Part shown: positions 48,894 through 58,450 of the stretch, piece by piece
Layout: each line of letters opens with the position of its first letter
Numbering within the stretch: the stretch's first letter is position 1
Assembly: GCA_963663385.2 (NCBI GenBank)
Contig: CAXXXD010000001.1
Coordinates: 64,001-128,000 of the forward strand
Source: Oceanispirochaeta sp.
Lineage (GTDB): Bacteria > Spirochaetota > Spirochaetia > DSM-2461
Reading direction: 5' to 3'
DNA: 64,000 nt
The notes under the pieces: model-generated
What the model was told of the DNA's origin: nothing
The model's database searches: none
The model's input: only the letters and a program-made list of their open reading frames with translations
Position numbers and translations under genes: made by a program

Positions 48894-49976
48894 ATGAAAG
48901 AGAAAACAAGGATACTGGTCGCCGGCTGCGGTGCCATGGGCCGTTCTCACAGCCTGGCTTACAGCAGACTGGAAGAGTTTGAAATTGTCGGGCTCGTCAG
49001 CCGCAATCCGGAAAGCCGGGAGGCTCTCGCCGGGGAACTGAACCTTTCCTGCCCCCTCTACAGTAACTATCAAACAGCGTTAAACGAACAGAGACCTGAC
49101 GCCGTGTCTATTAATACTCTGACCGACAGCCACTACAGCTATGCGAAAGCAGCATTGGAACAGGGATGCCATGTCTTTATGGAAAAGCCGGCGGCAGAAA
49201 CTGTCAGGGAAGCAGAAGATCTGATCCGGCTTGCCCGGAAGAAAAGCCGGGTGCTCCTGATCGGATACATTCTGCAGCATCACCCGGCCTGGCAGGAGTT
49301 TACCAGAGCGGCCCGTAACCTGGGCAGTCCGCTGGTCATGAGAATGAACCTGAACCAGCAATCCAGCGGCAGGGGCTGGGAAAAACACAAAAGCAAACTG
49401 GAAACCCTGTCGCCTCTGGTGGAATGCGGCGTCCATTATGTAGAGATCATGTGCCGCATGACTGGCTCACAGCCTCTCAGGGTCAGTGCGGCAGGAGCAC
49501 GGCTTACCGGGGAGATTCCGGAATCTTCCCATAATTACGGGCATATGCAGATAGAGTTTTCCGACGGTTCCATCGGCTGGTATGAATCAGGCTGGGGTCC
49601 CATGATGAGCCGGAATGCTTTTTTTATCAAGGATGTCTGCGGCCCCGGGGGAAGCGTCAGCCTTATCCCCTCTCCGAATAAAAGGCCCTATGAATCCAGT
49701 TCGCTTGATGATCATACAAGAACAGACTGCCTGGAAATACACAGAAGCAAACTGAACGACTGCGGTGATTTTGCCGGGAAGGACAGGATACACGAATTCA
49801 GTCCGGAAGAGTCTCCGGGGCATGACGGACTTTGCCTGCTTGAGCAGAGATTTTTCCTTAAGGTGATTCAGGAGGGTTTGGACCTCGGGGATCATCATAG
49901 AACCGTTGTCAACAGCCTGAGAATTGTTCTGGCTGCTGAAAAGTCAATCAGAACAGGAGAAACGGTGCCCCTGTAG
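48894..49976 (+). CDS. Gfo/Idh/MocA oxidoreductase
   Basis: GCGAMG, HVFMEKP and ECGVHY motifs; start ATG 48894. Confidence 0.9.
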   Translation: MKEKTRILVAGCGAMGRSHSLAYSRLEEFEIVGLVSRNPESREALAGELNLSCPLYSNYQTALNEQRPDAVSINTLTDSHYSYAKAALEQGCHVFMEKPAAETVREAEDLIRLARKKSRVLLIGYILQHHPAWQEFTRAARNLGSPLVMRMNLNQQSSGRGWEKHKSKLETLSPLVECGVHYVEIMCRMTGSQPLRVSAAGARLTGEIPESSHNYGHMQIEFSDGSIGWYESGWGPMMSRNAFFIKDVCGPGGSVSLIPSPNKRPYESSSLDDHTRTDCLEIHRSKLNDCGDFAGKDRIHEFSPEESPGHDGLCLLEQRFFLKVIQEGLDLGDHHRTVVNSLRIVLAAEKSIRTGETVPL

Positions 49977-50083
49977 TATCCATAGCAGACAATGGCACCG
50001 GGTACAGATATCTCACAGTCACTGAACAGTCAACAGCAGACCAGAAGTTTGACTCATCCTTAATGGGGAACTATTCTTGTATT

Positions 50084-50668
50084 ATGATAAAGAAATTCCT
50101 GTCCGTACTGAAAAAACGCGATTTGAAAATAAGGGATCTCTACAGGATTCAGGGGAAACGGGTTCAGATTGATATCAGGATTTCCAGCTATCAGGATTTT
50201 TTCAGTGACTGGGATTATTCTCCGATTAAAATGAGAGATCTTAACGATGACCTTTTTTCCTATCTTCTGGAATGCAGCATGGAGATTCCCCAGAAATACC
50301 CGCTGGATATCGTCCTTCATATACCTGAAGGAGTTAAAAACGAAAAAAAGGAACTGTCCAACAGAACCAGTTACAGGAACTATCTGCTGTATCGCCACCG
50401 CCTCTGCCTGCGGGAAAGGCAAAACAGCTATATCAGGATGGTGTGGTTCTTTCTATTCGGAGTTCTGTTTATCGGTATTGGATATTTCCTTGAAGGACAC
50501 GAAAGGTTCGCGGTCATAAAAATCCTTAAAGAAGGTTTTTTTATCGGAGGCTGGGTCCTTTTCTGGGAACTCTTTTCTTCGCTGTTCTTCAATATCAGGG
50601 AGTTGGACAAACGCATCTCAATGGTCAATCGACTGGTGAAAGCCGGCCTGGAATTCCATTATCACTGA
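50084..50668 (+). CDS. Hypothetical membrane protein (2 TM)
   Basis: FSDWDYSP..RDL motif; EGFFIGGWVLFWE; start 50084 inferred from the promoter position. Confidence 0.7.
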   Translation: MIKKFLSVLKKRDLKIRDLYRIQGKRVQIDIRISSYQDFFSDWDYSPIKMRDLNDDLFSYLLECSMEIPQKYPLDIVLHIPEGVKNEKKELSNRTSYRNYLLYRHRLCLRERQNSYIRMVWFFLFGVLFIGIGYFLEGHERFAVIKILKEGFFIGGWVLFWELFSSLFFNIRELDKRISMVNRLVKAGLEFHYH

Positions 50669-50827
50669 TTCGGAGCGGGAATCCCATTGTATTCGTAATG
50701 ATAATCAGCTCTGGTTCATCCTCTCAGATGCAGTATTATCTATGCATACCAGCCCCGGAGCCGGGGCGACAGCAGACTGGACAGGAGATATATCGCCGGC
50801 CATAATACCGGGACGAGGAACACCGGA

Positions 50828-52087
50828 ATGAAAAAGATTATTCAGAACACATTACTTGGTTCGGAAATTCAGGATATCCTGATTGAGGGGAGCAGAATTG
50901 CCGCTATAGGCTCCGGACTGGCAGCGGCTCATCCTGATGCAAGGATTATAGACGGCAGCGATACAGCAGTCTTCCCCTCTTTTATCAACGGGCATACACA
51001 CTCTCCCATGACCCTGCTCAGAGGAGCAGGGGACGACCTGGCTCTCAAGGAATGGCTGGAAGACTGCATGTGGCCCCTTGAAGCGCAATTTACAGATGAG
51101 GATTTCTACTGGGGCAACAAAATGGCCCTGATGGAAATGATCCGTACAGGGACCGGTTTTTTTAATGAAATGTACTGGAACCCGCACATTGCGCTGAAAG
51201 CCCTTGAAGGGGTTCCCCTTAAAGCTCGGATAAACTTTCCCGTAATGGACCTGATGGATCCGGATGAAGGAAAGAAGCAGTGGAAAAACTGCGAAGAATT
51301 TTTCAGAAAGACAACTGCACCTCCCGGTGTTCAGCTGGGGACTGTTCTTCACTCGGTCTATACAAACAGCAGGAAATCCCTAGAGTGGATCAGAGATTTC
51401 GCCGCAGAGAGAAACCTTCCCATCCATATTCATATATCTGAAACAGAAAGAGAGGTGAAGGACTGCATGGAAGCCCATGAAGGTCTCAGTCCTGTCGAAT
51501 ACCTCCACAGGCTGGGAGTCCTGTCGGAGCGGACTTTTGCGGCCCATACGGTCCACCTTTCGGATCGGGATTTGGAGATCCTGTCCGATACAGGAGTAAA
51601 TGTAATACATAACCCGGGATCCAATATGAAGCTTTCATCCGGAGTATTTCCCTACAGGGCACTGAAAGACAGAAACATACCGATCCTTCTGGGAACTGAC
51701 GGAGTCGCCTCAAACAATAACCTGGATATGCTGGAAGAGATGAAACTGGCGGCCCTGCTGCAGAAGGTGCATTCCGGGGACCCCACACTGATGACCGCTG
51801 AAGAGATTTTTACGATTGCGACACAGAAGGGCGCGGATCTGTTCGGTACAGGCGGAGGAGTTATTGAGGTTGGCAGGGAGGCGGATCTGATTCTGATGGA
51901 CCTGAAGTCCCCCGCTCTTTTTCCAACCTGGAATCTGATTTCCTCCATGGTTTACAGCGCTTCGGGCAGGGATGTGAAAACCCACATTTCAGCCGGTAAT
52001 GTTCTTATGGAGGACTATAAAATACCCGGCTATGAAGACGCTTTGGAGGGAGCGGCCCGCTGCTTCAACAGATTGAAATCCCTATAA
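50828..52087 (+). CDS. MTA/SAH deaminase-like amidohydrolase (paralog 1)
   Basis: NGHTH, HIHISET, AHTVH, HNPGSNMKL and GTDGVASNN motifs. Confidence 0.82.
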   Translation: MKKIIQNTLLGSEIQDILIEGSRIAAIGSGLAAAHPDARIIDGSDTAVFPSFINGHTHSPMTLLRGAGDDLALKEWLEDCMWPLEAQFTDEDFYWGNKMALMEMIRTGTGFFNEMYWNPHIALKALEGVPLKARINFPVMDLMDPDEGKKQWKNCEEFFRKTTAPPGVQLGTVLHSVYTNSRKSLEWIRDFAAERNLPIHIHISETEREVKDCMEAHEGLSPVEYLHRLGVLSERTFAAHTVHLSDRDLEILSDTGVNVIHNPGSNMKLSSGVFPYRALKDRNIPILLGTDGVASNNNLDMLEEMKLAALLQKVHSGDPTLMTAEEIFTIATQKGADLFGTGGGVIEVGREADLILMDLKSPALFPTWNLISSMVYSASGRDVKTHISAGNVLMEDYKIPGYEDALEGAARCFNRLKSL

Positions 52088-52116
52088 CTGGAACCGCTTC
52101 AATTAACTTCAATGGT

Positions 52117-52148
52117 TTCCGCCTGCTTCCCGGAGTAAACAGGCGGAA
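52117..52148. terminator. Hairpin between convergent genes (possible bidirectional terminator)
   Basis: ttccgcctg pairs with caggcggaa; U-tails are weak. Confidence 0.45.
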
Positions 52149-52168
52149 CGATTAACGGAGTGTATCGA

Positions 52169-52825
52169 TCATTTCCCCTGGCCGTAATGATTCCTGGCAA
52201 AATCCTGCATGGCGCGAATGTCTTCTTCCGAGATAAGCTTGGGAGTCCCGATAGCTCTGGCCATATAGTAGATCCGTGCGGATTTCTCCACTACAAAGAT
52301 ATTTTTCATGGCACCGGGGAAATCCGCTCCGACCACAACGGTCCCGTGATTGGGAATCATAACGGCATTTCTTTCGCCCAGGCCTTTAACGACATTCTCT
52401 GCCAGTTCGGGCGTTCCGGGCAGAGCATAGTCACAGTTGATAATCTTATCGCCGATGATCTGTACAAAATCTTCACTTATCCCGGGAAGATCTTCGTTGA
52501 GAACTCCGAAAACACTGGAATAGACCGGATGGGTATGAATAACGACATTCACATCCTTTCGGGCATTCATAATTGCAATATGAAAATTGAACTCGATTGA
52601 AGGTTTTCTATGACCGTCAACGACTTCGAAGTCCGAGTTCATTACAACAACATCCTCTTCCTTTATATCCGGGTAGGGCATTCCGCTCGGCTTGATATAA
52701 ATCAGGCCGGTTTCGGGATCTCGTGTACTGAGGTTCCCCCAGGTCCCTACGGTAAGTCCCTGATCAAGCATATTCATACCGGCATCAACAATTTCTTTTT
52801 TCAACGCTCTGGAAATTTTCGGCAT
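52169..52825 (-). CDS. Class II aldolase (FucA-like); likely methylthioribulose-1-P/5-deoxyribulose-1-P aldolase
   Basis: GTWGNLS, KPSG, PSIE..FH, HTHP and NHG motifs; divergent from the mtnA operon. Confidence 0.8.
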   Translation of the reverse strand: MPKISRALKKEIVDAGMNMLDQGLTVGTWGNLSTRDPETGLIYIKPSGMPYPDIKEEDVVVMNSDFEVVDGHRKPSIEFNFHIAIMNARKDVNVVIHTHPVYSSVFGVLNEDLPGISEDFVQIIGDKIINCDYALPGTPELAENVVKGLGERNAVMIPNHGTVVVGADFPGAMKNIFVVEKSARIYYMARAIGTPKLISEEDIRAMQDFARNHYGQGK

Positions 52826-52936
52826 TGTATTTCTCCTTGGTCTTTTATATCCAATACATTTATAAGAATTTTATCCTGCCTCTGTAACAGGCAAAGAGAA
52901 CAATTCTTCTCTAAATAGTAATAATACCCTCTTCCC

Positions 52937-52957
52937 TTCCTGTCAACCTGACAGGAA
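52937..52957. promoter_or_regulatory. Perfect palindrome, probable operator
   Basis: TTCCTGTCA-ACC-TGACAGGAA; contains a minus-strand TTGACA facing the aldolase gene. Confidence 0.6.
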
Positions 52958-53053
52958 ACCCATATCTGATTTATCCAACATAAATTAATAAAACCATGAT
53001 TTTAGCAAATATTATTTGACAACACAAACATTCAGTTATAACCTGAGCAATAT

Positions 53054-53863
53054 ATGTCTGAGGAATCAAACGATATTATGCCTAAAATTGCAAATTTGTC
53101 CGACATTTCAAAAACACGAAACAAGGCTCTCAAGAAACTCAAAGGAAGCAAGGGCCAGACTCTCAGCCATATGGCGCGGAAGAGGATTATCGAGTATATC
53201 AAAAAGAATGAGGTCCAGCCCAACGACGCCCTTCCTACTGAAGCTGCCTTTATGAAAATTCTGGATGCCAGCCGGCATACCGTAAGAGAAGCCCTGGTTC
53301 TGATGGAACAGGAAAACCTTATCTACAAGATTCAGGGAAAAGGGACATTCCTGAAAAAACGGCCGATTCATATTGAGAGCGGCCTGGAAAAGCTGGAAAG
53401 CATCACAGAAACGGTAGAAGGATATGATCTGACCCCGGGAACGCAGTGGATCGGCATAGAGATCAAGAATCCTACCGAACAGATGACCGAAGAGCTGAAT
53501 CTGACACCCGGAGAAAAAGTCATAACCTTTAAAAGGGTCAGAACCGCAAACGGGAACCTGGCTTCCTACTGTGTCGATACCATGCCCCTCAGATACTTTG
53601 AGACGATTCCTCATGAGATCAATGAGGAATCGCTCTTCTCCTATCTGGAGAAGAATCTGGGGATTCATATTGAGAGCGCTGTTACCTATCTTGTCCCCAC
53701 TCTCCCCACCGGAGAGATGACTCATGAACTGGGAGTCCCGCAGGATCAGCTCTTTCTTCTGCTTCAGCAAATCCACTTTGACAGCAAAGGAACCCCGATG
53801 ATTTTTTCCAATGATTATTTCCAGCCGGATATTTTTAAATTCAAAGTCAATAGAACACGTTGA
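53054..53863 (+). CDS. GntR family regulator (HutC/UTRA)
   Basis: LPTE, ASRHTVREAL and QGKGTF motifs; C-terminal UTRA with SLFSYLE. Confidence 0.9.
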   Translation: MSEESNDIMPKIANLSDISKTRNKALKKLKGSKGQTLSHMARKRIIEYIKKNEVQPNDALPTEAAFMKILDASRHTVREALVLMEQENLIYKIQGKGTFLKKRPIHIESGLEKLESITETVEGYDLTPGTQWIGIEIKNPTEQMTEELNLTPGEKVITFKRVRTANGNLASYCVDTMPLRYFETIPHEINEESLFSYLEKNLGIHIESAVTYLVPTLPTGEMTHELGVPQDQLFLLLQQIHFDSKGTPMIFSNDYFQPDIFKFKVNRTR

Positions 53864-53872
53864 GAGGTAGTG

Positions 53873-54931
53873 ATGAGCAAAATTATTTCGATGAAGTATG
53901 AAGAGGGCGTTTTAAAACTGATAGATCAGAGAAAACTCCCCGCAGAGTATGTCTATTTTGAGTGCAGGACTTATACGGAGGTTGAGTTTGCCATCAAGGA
54001 TATGGTTGTAAGGGGGGCTCCTGCCATCGGTGCGACCGCAGCCTACGGCGCACTTCTTGCTGCCCGTCAGTTTATCACCGATTATCCTGAGGATCGTTCC
54101 CGCTTTCTTTCAGAAATGGATAAGGCCCTCGATTTTCTGAATAACTCCAGACCCACAGCCGTCAACCTGATGTGGGCCGTAAAGAAAATGAAAGACTGCC
54201 TTGCCGCCAATGCGCAGGACCCGGATTCCCTTCTCATGGAAAAGATTCAGAGTCTTGCAGACAGCATCTTTGAGGAAGACAGGGAACTATGCATCAGCAT
54301 GGGACGACACGGTAACACGGTAATCCCCGAAGGAGCGACAATCCTGACCCACTGCAATACGGGGGCCCTGGCAGCGGCAGGACCCGGTACGGCTCTGGCA
54401 GTTGTACGGGAAGCCCACAATACGGGTAAGGGGATTTTCGTTTATGCTGATGAAACCCGTCCCAGAATCCAGGGCGGCCGTCTGACCGCCTGGGAACTGA
54501 TGCAGGAAAAGATCCCCTCCAAACTGATTGTGGACAGCACGGCGGCCACACTTATCCGCGACGGAAAAATCGATGTTATCCTTGTGGGTGCCGACCGGAT
54601 CGCCAACAATGGAGACGCCGCCAACAAGATCGGGACCTTTATGCTCTCGGTTCTGGCAAAAACCTATAATGTCCCCTTTTATATTGTAGCTCCGGTTACA
54701 ACCATTGATTTTGAGATGGAAAGCGGAGATGAAATTGAAATCGAAGAAAGGGATGCCTCGGAAATTACCCATATCAACGGGGTACAGATTGCTCCGGAAG
54801 GGATGGAAGTATACAATCCGGCCTTCGATGTAACACCCCATGAAAATATCACCGGTATTGTTACAGACCGGGGAATCATCTATCCGCCCTTCAAGGAGGG
54901 GATTGCAGACCTTAAGGAGTCTATAAAGTGA
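53873..54931 (+). CDS. mtnA: S-methyl-5-thioribose-1-phosphate isomerase
   Basis: DQRKLP, MVVRGAPAIG, SRPTAVNL, LTHCNTGALA, DETRP, GADRI and NPAFDVTP motifs. Confidence 0.95.
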   Translation: MSKIISMKYEEGVLKLIDQRKLPAEYVYFECRTYTEVEFAIKDMVVRGAPAIGATAAYGALLAARQFITDYPEDRSRFLSEMDKALDFLNNSRPTAVNLMWAVKKMKDCLAANAQDPDSLLMEKIQSLADSIFEEDRELCISMGRHGNTVIPEGATILTHCNTGALAAAGPGTALAVVREAHNTGKGIFVYADETRPRIQGGRLTAWELMQEKIPSKLIVDSTAATLIRDGKIDVILVGADRIANNGDAANKIGTFMLSVLAKTYNVPFYIVAPVTTIDFEMESGDEIEIEERDASEITHINGVQIAPEGMEVYNPAFDVTPHENITGIVTDRGIIYPPFKEGIADLKESIK

Positions 54932-56682
54932 GTTCTGCAGCCAATGCTATAGAAATCAGAGACCTTTCTTTCCGCTATAAAAGCGAAACCAGCGAAAAGA
55001 ATCCGCTTGCCCTGGATAATATCAACCTTGATATAAAGAAGGGCGAGTTCGTAGTCATTATGGGGCCAAGCGGCGCGGGAAAGTCCACCCTGGCCAACTG
55101 TCTCAACGGCCTTATCCCCCATTTTCAGCGCGGAGAGTATGAGGGCGAAGTAAAAGTCGATGAACTGATTGTTAAAAATGAGAAAGTCGGCCGCATGTCC
55201 AAAGAGATCGGCCTTGTTTTTCAGGACTTTGAAGCCCAGCTTTTTTCTACCAACACCATGCTGGAGCTGGCCTTCGGACCGGAAAACTTCGGAGTCCCCA
55301 GAGAGGAGATTCACAGACGGATTCTGGATGTCCTGAAAACAGTACAGCTTGAAGGGTTTGAGGAACGTCAGCCCTCCACCTTGTCGGGGGGACAGAAACA
55401 GCGACTGGCCATCGGATCCATACTGGCCACGGAACCCGAAATCATCTGTATGGATGAGCCCACTACCGACCTGGATCCTGTGGGGAAAATGGGAATCTTC
55501 AAGATTGCCCGGCACCTGCACTCCAAAAGTGAGTTCACCCTGCTGATTATTGAACACGAAACAGAAGAGGCTCTTCATGCGGACAGACTTATTCTGATGG
55601 AAAACGGTATCGTTCTCAAAGACGGCAGGCCCCGGGATATTCTGAAGGAAGTCGCCCTGACCGACAGAATCGGAATCCAGTCCCTTCAGGTGCCCAAGTT
55701 CTTCAAGGATCATCTGAAAGCTGAAACAGCCACTCTCCCCATGACTCCGGAGGAGGGATACGAAGCTTTTAACAAACTGGGAATTTCCATAGATGAGGAA
55801 GCTTATAACACAATCCTTAAAGCAGATGAAACCCGGGAGGCATCCTACGGTGAAGTTCTTATCGATGTCAAAGATCTGGTACATGTCTATCCCAACGGGA
55901 ACAAAGCGCTCAGGGGAGTCAGCATCCAGGTCCGGAAGGGAGAGTTCCTGGCTGTATTAGGGCATAACGGCAGCGGCAAGACCACCATGGTCAAACATTT
56001 CAACGGATTACTGTCTCCCAGTGAAGGGGACATCATCGTAAGAGACAAGAATACGAAGGAATCATCCATATTTGAAATCGGCAAAACGGTAGGTTATGTA
56101 TTCCAGAATCCCGATCATCAGATTTTCTCCGATACAGTATTCGAAGAGGTATCCTTCAGCCCCAAACTGAGAGGCTGCAGCAAAGAAGAGATCAGAGAAC
56201 GGGTAACGGAAGCCCTTAAAGCCGTTGGAATGGAGGGAACCGAAGAGGAAGATCCCTTCTCCATGACCAAAGGACAGAGACAGCGGATCGCGGTTGCCTC
56301 GGTACTGTCTGCCAAACCGGAAGTCATTATTCTGGATGAACCCACAACCGGACTGGATTACAAGGAACAGCGCCAGATGATGGAGCTTATCCGGAATCTG
56401 AACCAGAAGGGACACACCATTATCATGATTACCCATACCATGTGGGTCGTTGCCGAATACGCCCATAAAGTCGCTGTGGTTAAGGACGGTGAAATGAGTA
56501 TGTACGGCAGAACAAGAGATGTCTTCAAGGATGAGGACACCCTGATGGAATCCTATCTGAAAACCCCGCATATTGTTAATTTAAGCAACAAATTAGGCAA
56601 GACCGTTCTCTCTGTAGATGAGATGAAAAGCTGTGTAAACGCAGCCGCCGAAAAGACGGTGTCCGCAGGAATAGGAGAATAA
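54928..56682 (+). CDS. ECF transporter fused double ATPase (A-A')
   Basis: Two ABC domains: GPSGAGKST/LSGGQKQR and GHNGSGKTT/FQNPDHQ. Confidence 0.9.
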   Translation: MSSAANAIEIRDLSFRYKSETSEKNPLALDNINLDIKKGEFVVIMGPSGAGKSTLANCLNGLIPHFQRGEYEGEVKVDELIVKNEKVGRMSKEIGLVFQDFEAQLFSTNTMLELAFGPENFGVPREEIHRRILDVLKTVQLEGFEERQPSTLSGGQKQRLAIGSILATEPEIICMDEPTTDLDPVGKMGIFKIARHLHSKSEFTLLIIEHETEEALHADRLILMENGIVLKDGRPRDILKEVALTDRIGIQSLQVPKFFKDHLKAETATLPMTPEEGYEAFNKLGISIDEEAYNTILKADETREASYGEVLIDVKDLVHVYPNGNKALRGVSIQVRKGEFLAVLGHNGSGKTTMVKHFNGLLSPSEGDIIVRDKNTKESSIFEIGKTVGYVFQNPDHQIFSDTVFEEVSFSPKLRGCSKEEIRERVTEALKAVGMEGTEEEDPFSMTKGQRQRIAVASVLSAKPEVIILDEPTTGLDYKEQRQMMELIRNLNQKGHTIIMITHTMWVVAEYAHKVAVVKDGEMSMYGRTRDVFKDEDTLMESYLKTPHIVNLSNKLGKTVLSVDEMKSCVNAAAEKTVSAGIGE

Positions 56683-56686
56683 AGTT

Positions 56687-57481
56687 ATGGATATGTTTTT
56701 ATACCTCGACAAGGATACCTTTCTGCACCGTCTTGATCCGAGAACAAAGATGTTTGTCATGCTCTGCTCTTTTATCATCGCCCTCAGCTTCACATCACTC
56801 TATGTTCTGGCTGGACTCTCGATAGTTATCATTGCCTATGGGATGGCAGGACGGGTTCTGAGCAATCTGAAACGCATCTGGTTCATACTTGTTATGATAT
56901 TTCTGTTTTCAATTGTCCTCTGGTCGCTTACCTTCGGCGGCCCGACAAAACTCTGGGGCCCCATTTCCCTGGAAGGGCTGGAGTACGGAATTATGACGGG
57001 AATCCGTTTCGATATCATGATCGTATCGGGGATGATCTTTCTCAGTGCGTCCAAGATTGAAGAGATATCCCTGGGACTTGTAAAGCTGAAACTGCCCTAC
57101 CGCGGCGCCTTTGCGTTTTCCACCGCCATCCGCCTGGTCCCCATGATCGTTGCGACCAGCTACACCATTGCGGAAGCCCAGAAATCCCGGGGGCTGGATC
57201 TTGAATCGGGAAACTTTTTTCAGAGGGCCAGAAAATTTGTTCCCCTTCTGGTTCCCACACTGATTTCGGTAATCCGGGGTACAAATGTGTTTGCCATGGC
57301 ACTGGAATCCAAAGGCTTTGGCTATTCAGAAAAAAGAACCAACTATATGGATATCCATTTTAAAAAAAGTGATGGCATGGTATTCACAATATCATTTATT
57401 CTAACAGCAGGAATGATTGTCGCCCATATCATGGGACTTGATGACACTCTGTATTCATGGATCAAAAGTCTCCGGATCTAG
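56687..57481 (+). CDS. ECF transporter T component
   Basis: LHRLDPRTK, AQKSRG and AMALESKGF motifs. Confidence 0.9.
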   Translation: MDMFLYLDKDTFLHRLDPRTKMFVMLCSFIIALSFTSLYVLAGLSIVIIAYGMAGRVLSNLKRIWFILVMIFLFSIVLWSLTFGGPTKLWGPISLEGLEYGIMTGIRFDIMIVSGMIFLSASKIEEISLGLVKLKLPYRGAFAFSTAIRLVPMIVATSYTIAEAQKSRGLDLESGNFFQRARKFVPLLVPTLISVIRGTNVFAMALESKGFGYSEKRTNYMDIHFKKSDGMVFTISFILTAGMIVAHIMGLDDTLYSWIKSLRI

Positions 57482-57544
57482 TCCGGATTCTTTCTGATAG
57501 ATAAAGACTTTGATAATCAGATAAATATCTGAGGAGGAAAGAAA

Positions 57545-58345
57545 GTGAAAGACGTTTTCAAGATGTGGAAAGAGACAAAAATGGTTGTTCTCGTCGCCCT
57601 TTGTGCGGGTATCTACGCAGCGGTACTGATTCCTTTTAAGGGATTTGTAATCATCCCCGGTTTTACAGAGTTCAGACCCGCCAGCGGCCTTCCCATTATG
57701 ATGGGACTTCTCTTCGGCCCCGCAGGAGCATGGGGAGCGGCTATCGGTAACCTGATCGGAGACTTTTTCGGCTCCCTGGGAATCGGCAGTACATTCGGTT
57801 TTGTCGGAAACTTTCTGTTTGCCTATGTCCCCTACAAAGTATGGAGAAACCTGGGAATCATGAAAGAGGATGAACTGGAACCCAGCCTCAAGTCAGGAAA
57901 ACAGATCGGAGCTTTTGTACTGGTTTCTTTCCTCGGAGCGGCAGCCTGTGCCCTCTTTATAGCCTGGGGTCTGGACCTCCTTCAGATGGTTCCCTTTGCC
58001 GCGCTGGGAACAATCATTACAGCCAACAACTTTATCCCTTCCGTCGTTCTTGGTATCCCTCTTACTCTGGTTCTCTATCCCAGAATCAAGAAGTGGCACC
58101 TTCTCTGGACGGATATCATGGCTGAAGAAGATATTCCCGTAATCAATGCCAAATCAAGAATTTCCGGGATCCTTATGACCATCTTTACAGTCGGCGGAAT
58201 TGTGGGCGGTCTGTTTTTCGCTCTCGGAGGCGGACAGGAAATGTTTGCAGCCGGTTTTGGCGCAGGCGGTGCAGGAAACATCGGCGTAGCCGTTATAGCC
58301 GGTATCGGTTCAATCGGTATCCTCATTGCAGGTATTATCGAATAA
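57545..58345 (+). CDS. ECF transporter S component (QueT/MtsT-like), probably for MTA/SAM-related nucleosides
   Basis: IPGFTEFRPA, LLFGPAGAWGAAIGNLIGD and FGFVGNF motifs; operon context. Confidence 0.78.
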   Translation: MKDVFKMWKETKMVVLVALCAGIYAAVLIPFKGFVIIPGFTEFRPASGLPIMMGLLFGPAGAWGAAIGNLIGDFFGSLGIGSTFGFVGNFLFAYVPYKVWRNLGIMKEDELEPSLKSGKQIGAFVLVSFLGAAACALFIAWGLDLLQMVPFAALGTIITANNFIPSVVLGIPLTLVLYPRIKKWHLLWTDIMAEEDIPVINAKSRISGILMTIFTVGGIVGGLFFALGGGQEMFAAGFGAGGAGNIGVAVIAGIGSIGILIAGIIE

Positions 58346-58450
58346 TCTGTTTACCAGCAGACTCCCGGGCAGTCCGGGGGGCTGTTATTTATTTTTCAGG
58401 CTGGTCGCAAGCGGAGCTTGCTTCCCGCCTATGCAACCTAGGAGACTCCA

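Noticed and set aside
50669..50827. GC-rich leader with small hairpins before the deaminase, considered as a SAM/SAH/purine riboswitch
   Set aside because: No recognisable consensus (no S-box core); an Rfam scan would be needed to exclude it formally.
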